DNA of 64,000 bases from Mizuhopecten yessoensis. Its lineage: Eukaryota. The translations under genes and the position numbers were made by a program. Shown piece by piece: positions 29,401 to 39,175 of the stretch. The notes beneath the pieces were generated by a model. The model did not search any database, was not told the DNA's origin, and saw only the letters and a list, made by a program, of their open reading frames with translations. Each line of letters begins with the position of its first letter. The first letter of the stretch is position 1. Location: NCBI RefSeq assembly GCF_002113885.1, contig NW_018408539.1, positions 239,183 through 303,182 of the forward strand, in the 5' to 3' direction.

Positions 29401-30863
29401 CTGCCCGTTTCCAAACGTACCACCGTTGTGGATTAAATATATATATATATTATTTTATAGTATGGTTATAATTCTGAGAAAATCTGGTCCTCATTTACAG
29501 CTGACTGCCCGTTTCCAGACGTCCCGCCTTCGAGGACTAGGTGTAGTGATGAAGCGTCGCCCTTCAGATGTAGGGACCCCAGCTTCTATAGACGCTGCTG
29601 CGAGTCATGCAATAAAAGTAATTGCTACATACATTTATAACGTGCCAACTGATAATTTGAATTTGTATGTACCGTATATTGTCCCGGTACAGGCAACAAT
29701 CCTGTGTCAATATTACCCACTCAAAGTGATGTTATATCTGTCATTTCACCTATTTTAAAAAGTGATGAAATATTTCTTTATTAGAGAACACCTTCCAGCA
29801 AGCGATATGTTTCCATCCTTCGTCTAATTACAAGAAAGTTTTACCGTTGTGAGAACTCAGAATCGTTTATAGCTTTCTTGATTATTGCCGTATGGGGTTA
29901 TTTATATCAGATAATTGTAAAACATGATGAAGAAAACCGTGTTAAGAACAAAATTCCATAATGTACTAACATGGGAGTAGTCGCAAACAGGCGAATTATC
30001 AAATATCATTTTTTTGCAAATAGATCAACTAGGACTGATTTACTCTTTAAACATTTACATCATTAAAAACAGTTACGAAGCTTGTGTCTTACCTCATTCC
30101 ATTGTTCAAGCTTTTCAGCAGTGTTTTCTTCTTTGTTGCAGATTTCACAAAGGAAGAATCGTGTAAAGATATGAAAATCCTTATAAATGGATTACAGTGT
30201 AGTCAATTTATACAGCGATACGGCACGGATATATGTACCCTTGACCCTAATGTGATGAACTTTTGTTGTAAGAGCTGTACAAATCCGCCAGGTAAATTTG
30301 TATTTACTTCACTAAGCGTATAGCGTGTAATATGCAAATAACGGTATCTAAGAATATTCGATTTAACACTTTACGTAGAAAGTCAGGTTATATCCACTGA
30401 CTTTACGTTGTGTAAATCTGCATCAAAGAAAGACAACCAAACACAAAATAAGTTTTGTTTAAATCCACATATATATTTGACTTGCGTTTTCCTCTTAGAA
30501 AAAAATCAACGTCCAAACAAGGTATACAGTTTATCAATAAAGGTTTGAAACGTTATTATGATATGAATACGTGTGCTAGGACGGACTTTGATACGCCTTT
30601 CTCCTGTTTTACTGTTGACAATCAACCATTTTAATTTAATTTAATTTTAACTTAACTCTCTACTGTTTGCAGCACCTACCGTATCGCCTATAGAAACCAA
30701 CTCATATTCACACGTGACAGCCTCGACATGTACGGATAACAATTTTGTTCGGATTAATGGGATGGAATGTCAGGACTTTATCTCTCAGAACGGACGACGA
30801 GTGTGTGATAGGGATATGATAAATAAACATTGCTGTGCCAGCTGTTACCTGTTGAACAGATAG
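8297..30863 (+). CDS. ADAMTS/reprolysin (M12B)-like secreted zinc metalloprotease, multi-exon, 5' end (signal peptide exon) not located
   Basis: 16 exons with AG/GT boundaries and matching phases: 8297-8490, 10173-10256, 10703-10823, 21264-21414, 22202-22280, 22593-22670, 22973-23124, 23546-23580, 23949-24054, 25539-25721, 26144-26285, 26811-26930, 29001-29052, 29501-29617, 30142-30291, 30673-30863 (TAG). The spliced ORF is open for about 650 aa with motifs YIVEVLIMIDY, HDHAMLFT, AAHELGHNLG, Met-turn YIMAP, FSDCS, PGQ..QC..VYG, G(S)SCG.KKWC..GKCV and three C..CCxSC modules. Confidence 0.9.
10173..10256 (+). CDS. Metalloprotease exon (prodomain: GVAFYHSKDKVGAFAVKENKDGIKNKQI)
   Basis: tttttcag acceptor, gtaagt donor, phase 0 to 0. 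Confidence 0.75.
10703..10823 (+). CDS. Metalloprotease exon (prodomain: EGVYISDDEAHQVEP...HHITKRSSTFVA)
   Basis: ccttttacag acceptor, gtaagt donor, phase 0 to 1. Shows the G.......IEP....H pattern typical of the end of ADAM prodomains. Confidence 0.75.
16311..16430. repeat. Minisatellite, about 25-bp unit ATCTACTTTTGATGATGATGTAAAC, about 5 copies
   Basis: Directly visible tandem copies. Confidence 0.85.
16514..16750 (+). mobile_element. V-domain SINE
   Basis: Decayed tRNA head, V-domain consensus GTGGGTTTTCTCTGGGTACTCCGGTTTCCTCCCA at 16618-16651 and AATAAATAAAG tail. Confidence 0.8.
18363..18417 (-). mobile_element. L2/SINE 3' tail fragment
   Basis: Reverse complement reads GGCCGCTATATCAAATGTGGTAT(ATT)n, similar to the tail at 1570-1607. 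Confidence 0.5.
19584..19607 (+). repeat. Interstitial telomeric repeat (TTAGGG)4
   Basis: Four perfect units. Confidence 0.85.
20336..20423 (+). mobile_element. Penelope-like element fossil (RT C-terminal region)
   Basis: Translates ATFKYCCGRHHDLISPYIITVSTMIKDMF, resembling the FxKFYGRHHDLxxxYxxSVSxMxxD ending of invertebrate Penelope-like RTs (recalled, not searched). Confidence 0.6.
21264..21414 (+). CDS. Metalloprotease exon (linker and start of M12B domain: ...NSDYIVEVLIMIDYSLYK)
   Basis: ttaaag acceptor, gtatgt donor, phase 1 to 2. Reprolysin first-strand motif VExxxxxD. Confidence 0.85.
22202..22280 (+). CDS. Metalloprotease exon (FLDKANGQDGEALTQLRYYFAHIVNG)
   Basis: ttgtag acceptor, gtaagt donor, phase 2 to 0. 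Confidence 0.9.
22593..22670 (+). CDS. Metalloprotease exon (MDLRYSSINNTDFRVSIRLAGFFVAK)
   Basis: ttacag acceptor, gtgagt donor, phase 0 to 0. Confidence 0.9.
22973..23124 (+). CDS. Metalloprotease exon (NRTDLPF...LPHHDHAMLFT)
   Basis: tttcag acceptor, gtaagt donor, phase 0 to 2. HDHAMLFT matches the ADAMTS HDxAxLxT motif. Confidence 0.92.
23546..23580 (+). CDS. Metalloprotease 35-nt mini-exon (EHDATNGRGHILG)
   Basis: ttttcccccgcag acceptor, gtgaga donor. It supplies the phase 2 to 1 bridge needed between the neighbouring exons. Confidence 0.8.
23949..24054 (+). CDS. Metalloprotease exon with first half of zinc motif (GTSYLSGICTPMSTSVIVDHGSYNSAGIAAHELGH)
   Basis: ccctccag acceptor, gtaagc donor, phase 1 to 2. 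Contains HExxH. Confidence 0.95.
24080..24145 (-). mobile_element. SINE 3' tail fragment
   Basis: Reverse complement GTTCTTAAATGACAT...TTGATAGAACGTAAAACC..AAACAAA matches the tails at 27428-27483 and 62152-62206. Confidence 0.5.
25539..25721 (+). CDS. Metalloprotease exon (NLGVIYHDGD...CPKELNYIMAP...FSDCSIRQI)
   Basis: tttttcag acceptor, gtaata donor, phase 2 to 2. Third His, Met-turn and FSxCS motif. Confidence 0.95.
26144..26285 (+). CDS. Metalloprotease exon (NCLAED...PPGQIEDVHNQCRDVYGNSSFMC), start of ADAMTS disintegrin-like domain
   Basis: gtttcag acceptor, gtaagt donor, phase 2 to 0. Confidence 0.92.
26811..26930 (+). CDS. Metalloprotease exon (PPSSTEEMCYKMYCYDPKRKICITASEQRAAMGSSCGNKK)
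   Basis: ttttacag acceptor, gtattg donor, phase 0 to 0. ADAMTS disintegrin-like cysteine pattern. Confidence 0.92.
27385..27483 (+). mobile_element. SINE 3' end fragment
   Basis: CA-rich stretch followed by CACGTCCTTAAATGAC..CTGTTGATATGACGTTAAACCC..AAACAAAC, shared with the 62.2-kb SINE tail. Confidence 0.55.
29001..29052 (+). CDS. Metalloprotease exon (WCKLGKCVWDDKAPSVP)
   Basis: ttttgcag acceptor, gtaagt donor, phase 0 to 1. WCxxGxCV ends the disintegrin-like domain. Confidence 0.92.
29343..29540 (+). repeat. 104-bp tandem duplication spanning a 3' splice site and exon start
   Basis: atattattt(c/t)atagtatggttataattct...ctcatt(g/t)acag|ctgactgcccgtttcca(a/g)acgt occurs twice, with AG ending at 29396 and 29500, separated by a (TA)n run. 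Confidence 0.9.
29501..29617 (+). CDS. Metalloprotease exon, PLAC-like module 1 (DCPFPD...C...CRDPSFYRRCCESC)
   Basis: tttacag acceptor, gtaatt donor, phase 1 to 1. Confidence 0.85.
30142..30291 (+). CDS. Metalloprotease exon, PLAC-like module 2 (CKDMKILINGLQCSQF...ICT...FCCKSC)
   Basis: ttgcag acceptor, gtaaat donor, phase 1 to 1. Confidence 0.9.
30673..30863 (+). CDS. Metalloprotease last coding exon, PLAC-like module 3 (CTDNNFVRINGMECQDF...VC...HCCASCYLLNR*)
   Basis: tttgcag acceptor, phase 1, TAG at 30861-30863. Clearly paralogous to module 2. Confidence 0.9.
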
Positions 30864-31134
30864 CCCCAAAACAACTGGATTATGTTGTGTCAAACTTCAA
30901 TAGTTTAAAAACATCTTATAACAAATTTAAAATGTGCCAGCAAAAATATCGTAATTGTTGTGTACATTAACCGGAAGTGATCGTTTAGAATCCAAATACG
31001 TGCATATTTTGTTTTCAGGTTTGATAATATTGAAAAATATCACACATTCAAATTAAACAGTGATGTGCGATAGACTAGTGAAGCTTGATACAGCGGGGTC
31101 CTGTAGTTCTCATACAAGTTAAAGATGTTTATAA

Positions 31135-31930
31135 ACCGTGCATTCGTTGTTTTAAACCACAAACATGTGGTTACAAACCATGAAAACATGTTGTAAATAA
31201 CCATGGAATTTTATTATAATCGGTGATATGTTATAAACAAGTGACAGGTTTGTTTGAAACGTGACAAGTTGTCATAACTCGTGACATGTGACCTATTGAT
31301 ATCAATGCAGTCCACAACTTGAATAAAAAATTAACATTTTTCTGAAAACCGTGACTGGTATATAAGTCGTTGGTAGATTGTTATGAATTATAGACATCTT
31401 AACATAGATCATGATATAAACCATGGACATGATTATATAAACGGTGATATAAACCATGCCTATGTTTGTTTAAACTATGATATAAGCAATAGACATGTTG
31501 ATACAAGCAGTGATATTAACATGGCTTTGCTTATATAAACCGTGATAAAAATCAATGAAATGATGTCTTGAACCGTGCTTTTATCAATGGACATGTTCCG
31601 ATTAACCGTGAAAAAACTACGGCATTTTTTATATAAACCGTAGAATAAATTATGGACATGTTGTGATAACCAGTCATTAGAACATTGACTTATTTATATA
31701 AACTTTAAACCATGGACGTGTTCCGATAAATCATGATATAAAATATGGCCATTTTCCGATAAAGCTTGATATTAACCATGGACATGTTGATATTAACCGT
31801 CATTTTAACCATGGACAAGTTGTTATGAACCGTCATTTAAACCATGGACATGTTGATATTAACCGTCATTTGAACCATTAACATATGTATTTAAACCATG
31901 ATCCAAACCATGGAGATGTTATGAACTTTA
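31135..31930. repeat. Degenerate minisatellite (about 32-33-bp unit AACCATGGACATGTTGATATTAACCGTCATTT) just 3' of the protease stop
   Basis: Many recurrent aaccatggacatg/aaccgtg motifs, most homogeneous at 31770-31920. Confidence 0.85.
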
Positions 31931-34900
31931 GACGTGTTACTGGCCGTCGTAATCTTTTTTTTTTTTTCTTCTGTGACGGCAAGCTCCTGTTATTATTCGT
32001 CTGATATGAAGCTCGAAATACAAAGTGGGGATATCGCTTGTTTCCACAAGCTTCCCTTAGACTTACATTCTACCCATCCATATGCATAGCCGATTGCGTA
32101 ATTATTGAGGAGGATATATGACGAAATGTGTCTTGATCAGTTTAACAGCAACCAATTATTTACATGGCTTCGTTAATATTTCGGTTATTGATCAAGTATA
32201 ATGAGCGATAAATGTCATCCGCCATTATTTTAAGTAAAACGATTTTTATTATCATGAAGCTTGTAGGCGTTTATGTAATGCACAAATACAGCAGAGCAAT
32301 TACATGCTGAAGTGTGTACAGAATCAATGTGACTTCATATTAATGTAAACAACAATGTGTGTGACACTTTTATGAACATGGTTAACTTGTAATTGAGAAA
32401 ATTGTATGATGCTACAAAGTGAACACGTCAGAAATAGACAGAAGATTGCGTCATATTATAGGCTAGATTTGAAAACTTGTTACAGGGCGATGATTTCGTT
32501 TAAACGTCTTTTATTGTAATTCAAGGAAAAAGTAAGAAGTACTTTACTTGTTAAGCGCATTATTTTTCCCGTCGTTATAACCATGGAAATGTGTAGTAAG
32601 CTCTGGTACCCTTGGTAACAATTTGTTTACTAATGGATTGCTATGTTCTGTCCTTAAATATTTACAGTTATTATTTGATATAGGCTTGTTATATGAAGTA
32701 AACCCAATCAAAACTGCTTTGATAATTGGCTTCTATCTTCTGTCAATTTCTCAAGAGCTCACTTTGTTCTATGTGCGAATCAACGAAAATCCATTGCTAT
32801 ATTAGTCCATTTGTAATCTGGTTTCCATGGACACTAATCGTAGTGTTATTTTGTGAATCAAAATATATTTGTAATTATGTTTATGGTTTGGTTACCATGG
32901 ACACTGATCGCAGTGCTAGTTTTGATAAAAAAAATATGTTTATTGACGAAATGACCTGCTAATAGGTTATTGGTCAGTTAGTCGTCACGTACCGCATTTA
33001 AGTATGTCACGTGATACTCATGCGTAGTAAACAAAAACATGATCATAATTGTTTCTTAGAGGACTAAGTTATATCAATAAGATTTATTATGTTTAACTGA
33101 TGATCTTAACGTATTAGGAATATTTAGATGATAGTATTTGACTTTAGTGTAAATTCATAGTTTTCAACTTAATTTATCTCACTGACTTATTATTTATTCA
33201 GAATGGTCGGTTATACGATGCCGATTGAAGTGCTGTTTTCTTATAAGTATTGTTATTGGTATTGATTATATTTGAGTTATCCTGAAACAGCTGATTAAAT
33301 GCTGGTAAAACAGATATAAAGTAAGAGTGGTCATGGATGGTATATATTTTTGCATGTGAACTTTTGTTATTATATAATCATGTTTTGTACAGAAGAACTT
33401 TTTGCTGAACTTGAAATATATTTTACAGTGTTACTGCATTACCGGGACATTAAGGCAAAGTCTTTCAACCATCATTGTCTGTCACTAATACATGTTTGAG
33501 CGTCAAATAAATCCTGGATACATGTGTAACCGTACTGTTGTCCGTTCTGTTATCCCTGAAAAAAAGAATCAAAACGTTTTTGACAACCATTTTGACATGA
33601 CGCTCTCTATGTGCCAAACATGGTTATTGCCGAAATTTTCAACAATATCAAATTCAATTGACACGTTCAAAGATATCCGCAAATAATTGACTGACCATGT
33701 TATAGTCTGTCTAAAGCTTATCAAATAAGTTATCCTTAAATCTGGATGCAAAGTTTTAATTTGAATATTCAAATGCTATAAATTGGTAACATACATATAA
33801 TAAAATCATATGGGTCAAAGAAGTGATTTGTTTATTGATGTATATGTACATGTAACTGTTCTGTTTCATTGTGTCTTGAAAAAGGAGATATTCAAAAGCG
33901 TGAAGTGGTAACATCCAATCTTGATAATTGATGGCTTTGTTTTAATATTCACACTTTTGGAAACAGAATGTATTTTCAATCAAAAGGTTGATCCTCATTT
34001 ATTTTCAAATCAGCGGTATTCTTTCTATATTCCCGAACATCTTAGCAAGAAACATTTTGTTTATTGTATTAAACAAAGGATCTGTGCTACCCTTTATGTG
34101 GTAATCTAGACTTCGTCATAAGAATTTGATATATGAGAGTTGAAATTCTGTTTTATAATGGATTCCTAAACAGACTATACCTTGGAAATACACTTCTACC
34201 TACATCAGGTTAAGTATTGGTATTGTATCTGTTTACGAGTCCTGCGTTGCAAGGTGACCTGTATTTGCAGTCTATGTCTGACAAGTCGTATGTTCGGTGG
34301 TTCTGTGTCTGTGATGCTTCATGGCTTTATCTACCGACTGATCACGTAATAAATTAGATGAGAAACACGTATATTGTATGTTTTTTTTTTTTTATATTCA
34401 TGAACTCATTACACAATTCAGACAAACATTACGAGGAGCAAGCACATCATCAGGACATTTCCATTTCAATCAGAGCTATTTACGCCTCGTGTTCAAGGTG
34501 TTAGGTGATGTGGCCAATCACTATGTGTTTAACTTCTTGGTAAGTTTGTTTTAAACGATACACATTGGGTCAGGTCAACTGTGTACCTGATGGGAAACGG
34601 CTTTTGTCACGTACACAAACATAGTAGCATCCCGAACTTTAAAGAAATGTTGCAAAAAATTACCGTTCGGAGTTTGGATACGATTAATCCGGAATGGCTG
34701 TAACTTTATGACATTACAAATAAACGACGTTCGGATAATAAAGTGATGTATACTTTCAAGCTAATATCCAATGTTAACCGTGCAAGAATTAATTCTGGTT
34801 ACAGCGTTTTGCAAAGTAGGGAACTGTTACACTATGTGTTCACAAGCAGATTGTAATTGTCAAAGTGGGGGACTAATAGTTCACCAGAGGATTCAACAAG

Positions 34901-35333
34901 ATCAACTCCCCTGACCGTTTCTATATCAGATATATTCAGAACATTATTCGTTTAGAAGAAGTATAGCAAAGTAGACCAATATGTATTGTAAGTTATTCCA
35001 TATACCGATAGTTAAACTGATGATACTCGATGATTAAGGGATTCCAAGATAACTATAGCACGAATCAGCAACATAAATCTAATTTCACACAAACCATACA
35101 ACATTTGTTTCCACCGTCAGCTAACACATAACCATACAGCATTGTCATATACCAATCTATTTGATTTTATTGATATTTTGCGTGAGCTGATTTTCATTTC
35201 TTTACATCACTGTAAACACTTGGATATTAACGTTGAGGTCCATATACTTGGTTTCGTAATTTGAATTTTGAAGTCCCTAACAACAATTAAAAAAAATATT
35301 ATTGAAGTCATACAGTGAAAAGCCTTTTGATGA

Positions 35334-35695
35334 TTACGTGTTTAGATGCATGCCATTTAACTCAATATAGTCATCTGCGTTCGTATTGCATACAGTTTCT
35401 CCTTGTTTTAAACGTTTTTCCTCTTTCTTATAATTTGTAAATCGGATAGATTGTGTTGAATCGCATGAATATGCACTACGAAATGTCCACTTCTGTTTAT
35501 GGCCCTGTTTTTTCTTCTGTTTATCTGCGCATGAACAGACACACAGTTTGTTGCCATTAGTTTCTGAAACATCCATCTTGGAGCACTTACAAGGCGCCAG
35601 ACTCTGTAGAACGTTCCCACTAAAGGCTAAATATATCCACGGGTTGCAGCAGCTGTTCAGACTGGCTAGTAACAACATTATCACTAGGGCATTAT
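35334..35695 (-). CDS. Vasopressin/oxytocin-family GPCR, last coding exon (TM7 LASLNSCCNPWIY and C-tail)
   Basis: Phase-1 tttag acceptor joins ...SAPLT-N-NALVIMLLLASLNSCCNPWIYLAFSG. The intron between TM6 and TM7 is at the position conserved in the VP/OT receptor family. Spliced protein is 442 aa. Confidence 0.95.
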
Positions 35696-36874
35696 CTAAA
35701 AAAGAAATTATAAATTTAATTTAATGCTATACACGAATCTCTAAGAAACCAGTAATATAAACAATGCTTGCAGCCACTTACTAACAAAAACAATTCAAAA
35801 CATCATGTATCAAAAATTATGTTGTTACAGAAATCTATTTTAATGACCAAATATTTCCAATAACGTTATAGACTAACAACTATAAAGTAATTTCTATTTG
35901 CAAGCTATCCACATAATTATAACGGGTCGTTTTGTTCGTTTGTATACTCACTTTGGGAGAAACCATTCAAATGTATACAAAGAAACAAAATCAATTAGAC
36001 GAACGTATAATTTAATGTTTTCGTGGGATTAAGATTTTGTTAAATTATAAAATACAGAAAAAAACATGTTAGGCTTACCAGGCTATAAAGAGTTATACAC
36101 AGGGTTTGGAGATATCTTAAAAACATTGAATCCAATCAAAACTGTTTACATATCTTCAATTCAACTAAAGTAATAAGATGAACGGAGAAGCGTAGAAAGT
36201 CCCTACACCTGCACTACTGTATACAAGCATTCGGTAGTTTCCTGTTGAATTGTGTTTTCTACTCTATAAACTATTGGTACGAACCCTTTCGAGAATAGGA
36301 ACAGCTAACAAAATTATTCCAACTAGTTTTACCGAAACGTTTTATGAACGATATCTAAGTGGAAACGCACTCTCCTTTATATTTGAGCGGCCGGAGTATC
36401 GAGTGACAGTAGATTCGACAAATGCATTTCTTTACTATTTTTGTCAAAGTCAGAAATAGAAGCAAACAGGAAGTAATTATTAAAATCTGATGTTTCAATC
36501 ACATGCTTAGCACAACATTTTCAATACATTCTCCCACGCATAGAACTCAATATAATTGTGTTAAGTACACTCATGCGCTTCAGCCGTTATGGGAAATGTT
36601 AATTGGAAATATGCAATTTATTTTAATAAGCAATGTAAGGATTAATCGGAATGATGTTCTTTAAATGTCAACAATGAAACCAAACAGACACATTGGCAGC
36701 GGACGTGTTTATTGATAGTAGTTCGTTTATTAAAGCCATGCGAGGATAAGTTGAACATAAATGTCCAAAGAATGCAATACTGGTTGAATCAATAAGCTGT
36801 TCTATTTTAAGGTCCCTATATGAGGTTCCTACTTCATTATATTACAGTCGTGATGGAAAATGTATAACTTAATT

Positions 36875-37473
36875 AACAAGAGGCCCATGGGCCTTAACGG
36901 TCACCTGAGTCCTACAGTATTTATTTTTGTTGTTGAAATATGTACCAATTTGAGTAAAAAATAGTTAAGTATAATGTTAACTTAACTTTGTCAGGACCAT
37001 GAGCTGATCATTCCTAGACCGATTTTCAGTGAGNTTTCAGTTCAATCGGCCTAGCAGAACTTGACTTTAAGTTTGAAATAGTTTTTAAAAATGGCGGCCG
37101 TGGCGGCCATATTGGATTTCTGATTGTCCCGAAAAATAACAACACTTTGTCAAGACCATGAGCTGATCATTCCGACAAACTTTCAGTTCAATCTGCCTAG
37201 CAATACTTGACTTTAAGTTTGAAATAGTTTATCCAAATGGCGGCTGTGGCGGCCATATTGGATTTATGATTGACCTGAAAAATAACAAAACTTTGTCAGG
37301 ACCATGAGACGATCATTCCTACCAACTTTCAGTTCAATCGGCGCAGCAGAACTTGACTTTAAGTTTGAAATGTAAAATGTTAACGGACGATGACGGACGA
37401 CGGACGACGGACGACGACGGACGAAAACGGATAGCAATAGGTCACTTGAGCTAAAGCTCAGGTGACCTAAAAA
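36875..37473. mobile_element. Non-autonomous Helentron-type element (HINE, pearl/DTC84-like) in the GPCR intron
   Basis: 5' AACAAGAG..., sub-terminal GGTCACCTGAG, about 2.6 internal tandem units of about 146 bp (starts 36986, 37145, 37291), (GGACGAC)n microsatellite, terminal palindrome GGTCACTTGAGC-TAAA-GCTCAGGTGACC, TAAAAA end. Confidence 0.85.
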
Positions 37474-37709
37474 TGTTAATAGTTTTCCATAACTGATACA
37501 TTTAAATGAGACTCACTTTCAATACATGCACATGATTGCAATGTTTTTGTGTGATTTACAGGTATAAAGAATTGCCTGTTTTAACGTAAGGTTTGATAAG
37601 GAGAAACCCACTACATTTTACGTTTGTTTCACCTGGGATGCATAATTAAGTTCATATTACCATTTCAGCGATACAAACGGTTAAAATATAGGGACGAAAA
37701 AAGTCCATC

Positions 37710-38020
37710 GCCTTTGTGGTGAGATAGTGGTATCTCAATCGGAAGGGGCAGATTTTTAAATTGAAAAACAGGAGGCTTTACGAGTGTTTGGCATCTTAAG
37801 ATTTTTTCCTTCAGGATGAGATTCCCCATCTCACTTAAAGGGGTATTTTTTCTCTTACCCTGTTGAGCCTGTCGTTTACACGTTGGCATTACAGGCCCTT
37901 TTCTGCGTGACGTCATGCAGTTTTTATAAAAAGGGGAATCCCCCTGTCTCTTCCTCGGGAAAGCAAGGATATTGCACAGAGGGAAAACTGTGGATACGCC
38001 TATTCAGGGTAAGAGAAATT
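37710..38020. mobile_element. Nested-palindrome non-autonomous element
   Basis: Imperfect inverted repeat 37710-37745 / 37808-37842 centred on GAGGCTTTACGAG, then TATTTTTTCTC and a second inverted repeat TTTCTCTTACCCTG / CAGGGTAAGAGAAA. Confidence 0.55.
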
Positions 38021-38208
38021 ATTGAATCTCTAAAGTTGTACAGATGTAAGTTCTCATTTGGCCTGTAGAGATTAACAATGTTTTTGCTTTTGTTCCTGTT
38101 TTTGTATCATTATATTAATTGTGAGCCGATTTTGGTTTTGTTATGCTCTTGACCATTTCCTATTTTATTTCACATTCATTTATATACATATATATTTAAA
38201 TAACTTAC

Positions 38209-39175
38209 TTGTTAATGGTGCTGACTCGTCGTATAACCACCAAAGTTGTGAGACAAAAAATGGGGACCAACACATAATATAGGCAAGAATTATGACGAAT
38301 GTGAGTTTGACAGTTTTCAGCTTTGCCCTTGAAAATCCTCTAAAGGAATGGTTTCTTGGTACAAGAGTCACGTGATTCGATATTTTACCATTCTGTGATG
38401 CAACTGACTGCATTTGTTCATGAGTGTTGTCACGTGTTATATATTTCCCGGAATCCTTTGAAAGTCGGTATTTACGCCAGACAGTATAACATATGGAACC
38501 GTAACATACTACAAGTATGACAAATGGAATGACGTAAACGAAAACCGTAAATGACGTTATGTACAGTTGAAGAGTCCATGGAGGATCAAAATGTACCCAA
38601 CAGTCCATCACACCTGATCCGGTCTTCGTTTCCTGGTATTTAAACATTATCATTTGCGGTAAACTCATAATGGCGGCGATGGCATAAGCGCCCCCTATCA
38701 TGACGTGTACAAGTCTCGGCGTCCATGTATGGTTGCTAAGGGGATGGCAGATCGCGCGGTACCTGTCGATAGCTGTCATCACCAAAATGTACGTCGACAG
38801 ATACATCACAAATATCTGAGAATACTTGATAAATCGACAGAGAAAGTCACCACCATACCATCTATGTGTGATGTCCCAAATCAGTTGCGGAAGAATGTTA
38901 AAGAAAGCAACTAGTAAGTCCGCTATACTTAAATGCATTATAAAGATATGCATCCGGGTTGACTTTTTACGTCGCCGACCAATAGCTATAAGAACACAAC
39001 AATTTCCGAGTATTGCCAAGGCAAAAATTGCGGCCTGGACGGCGACTTCTACTCGGACGAGTTCCTCTTTCCGTTTGGGAGTGGTGATATTTCCCATCGG
39101 AACTATCGTGTTTGTAGCATTATATGTGTCATTTAACATGGTATCCCCAGCGAGGTGTGTCTTTGACGCTCCCAT
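38209..39175 (-). CDS. Vasopressin/oxytocin-family GPCR (conopressin/cephalotocin receptor-like), coding exon covering TM1-TM6
   Basis: Motifs GNCCV, HLSIADLLVAFFNILPQLIWDIT, GGDFLCR, AIDRYRAICHPL, SLPQ, DCW..F, KLKTVKLTFVI and CWSPFF. N-terminal sequons NDT, NAT and NIT. The gtaagt donor follows 38209 and a tttcag acceptor lies 1 nt before the ATG. Confidence 0.95.

Noticed and set aside
31135-31930. CRISPR-like array (also considered for 50855-51335)
   Set aside because: Degenerate head-to-tail minisatellites without unique spacers, in a eukaryotic context with no cas genes.
38180-38208. ORF-track C-terminus SKLFKYICI of the 331-aa GPCR ORF
   Set aside because: Intron read-through. A consensus donor follows 38209 and TM7 is on the 35695-35334 exon.
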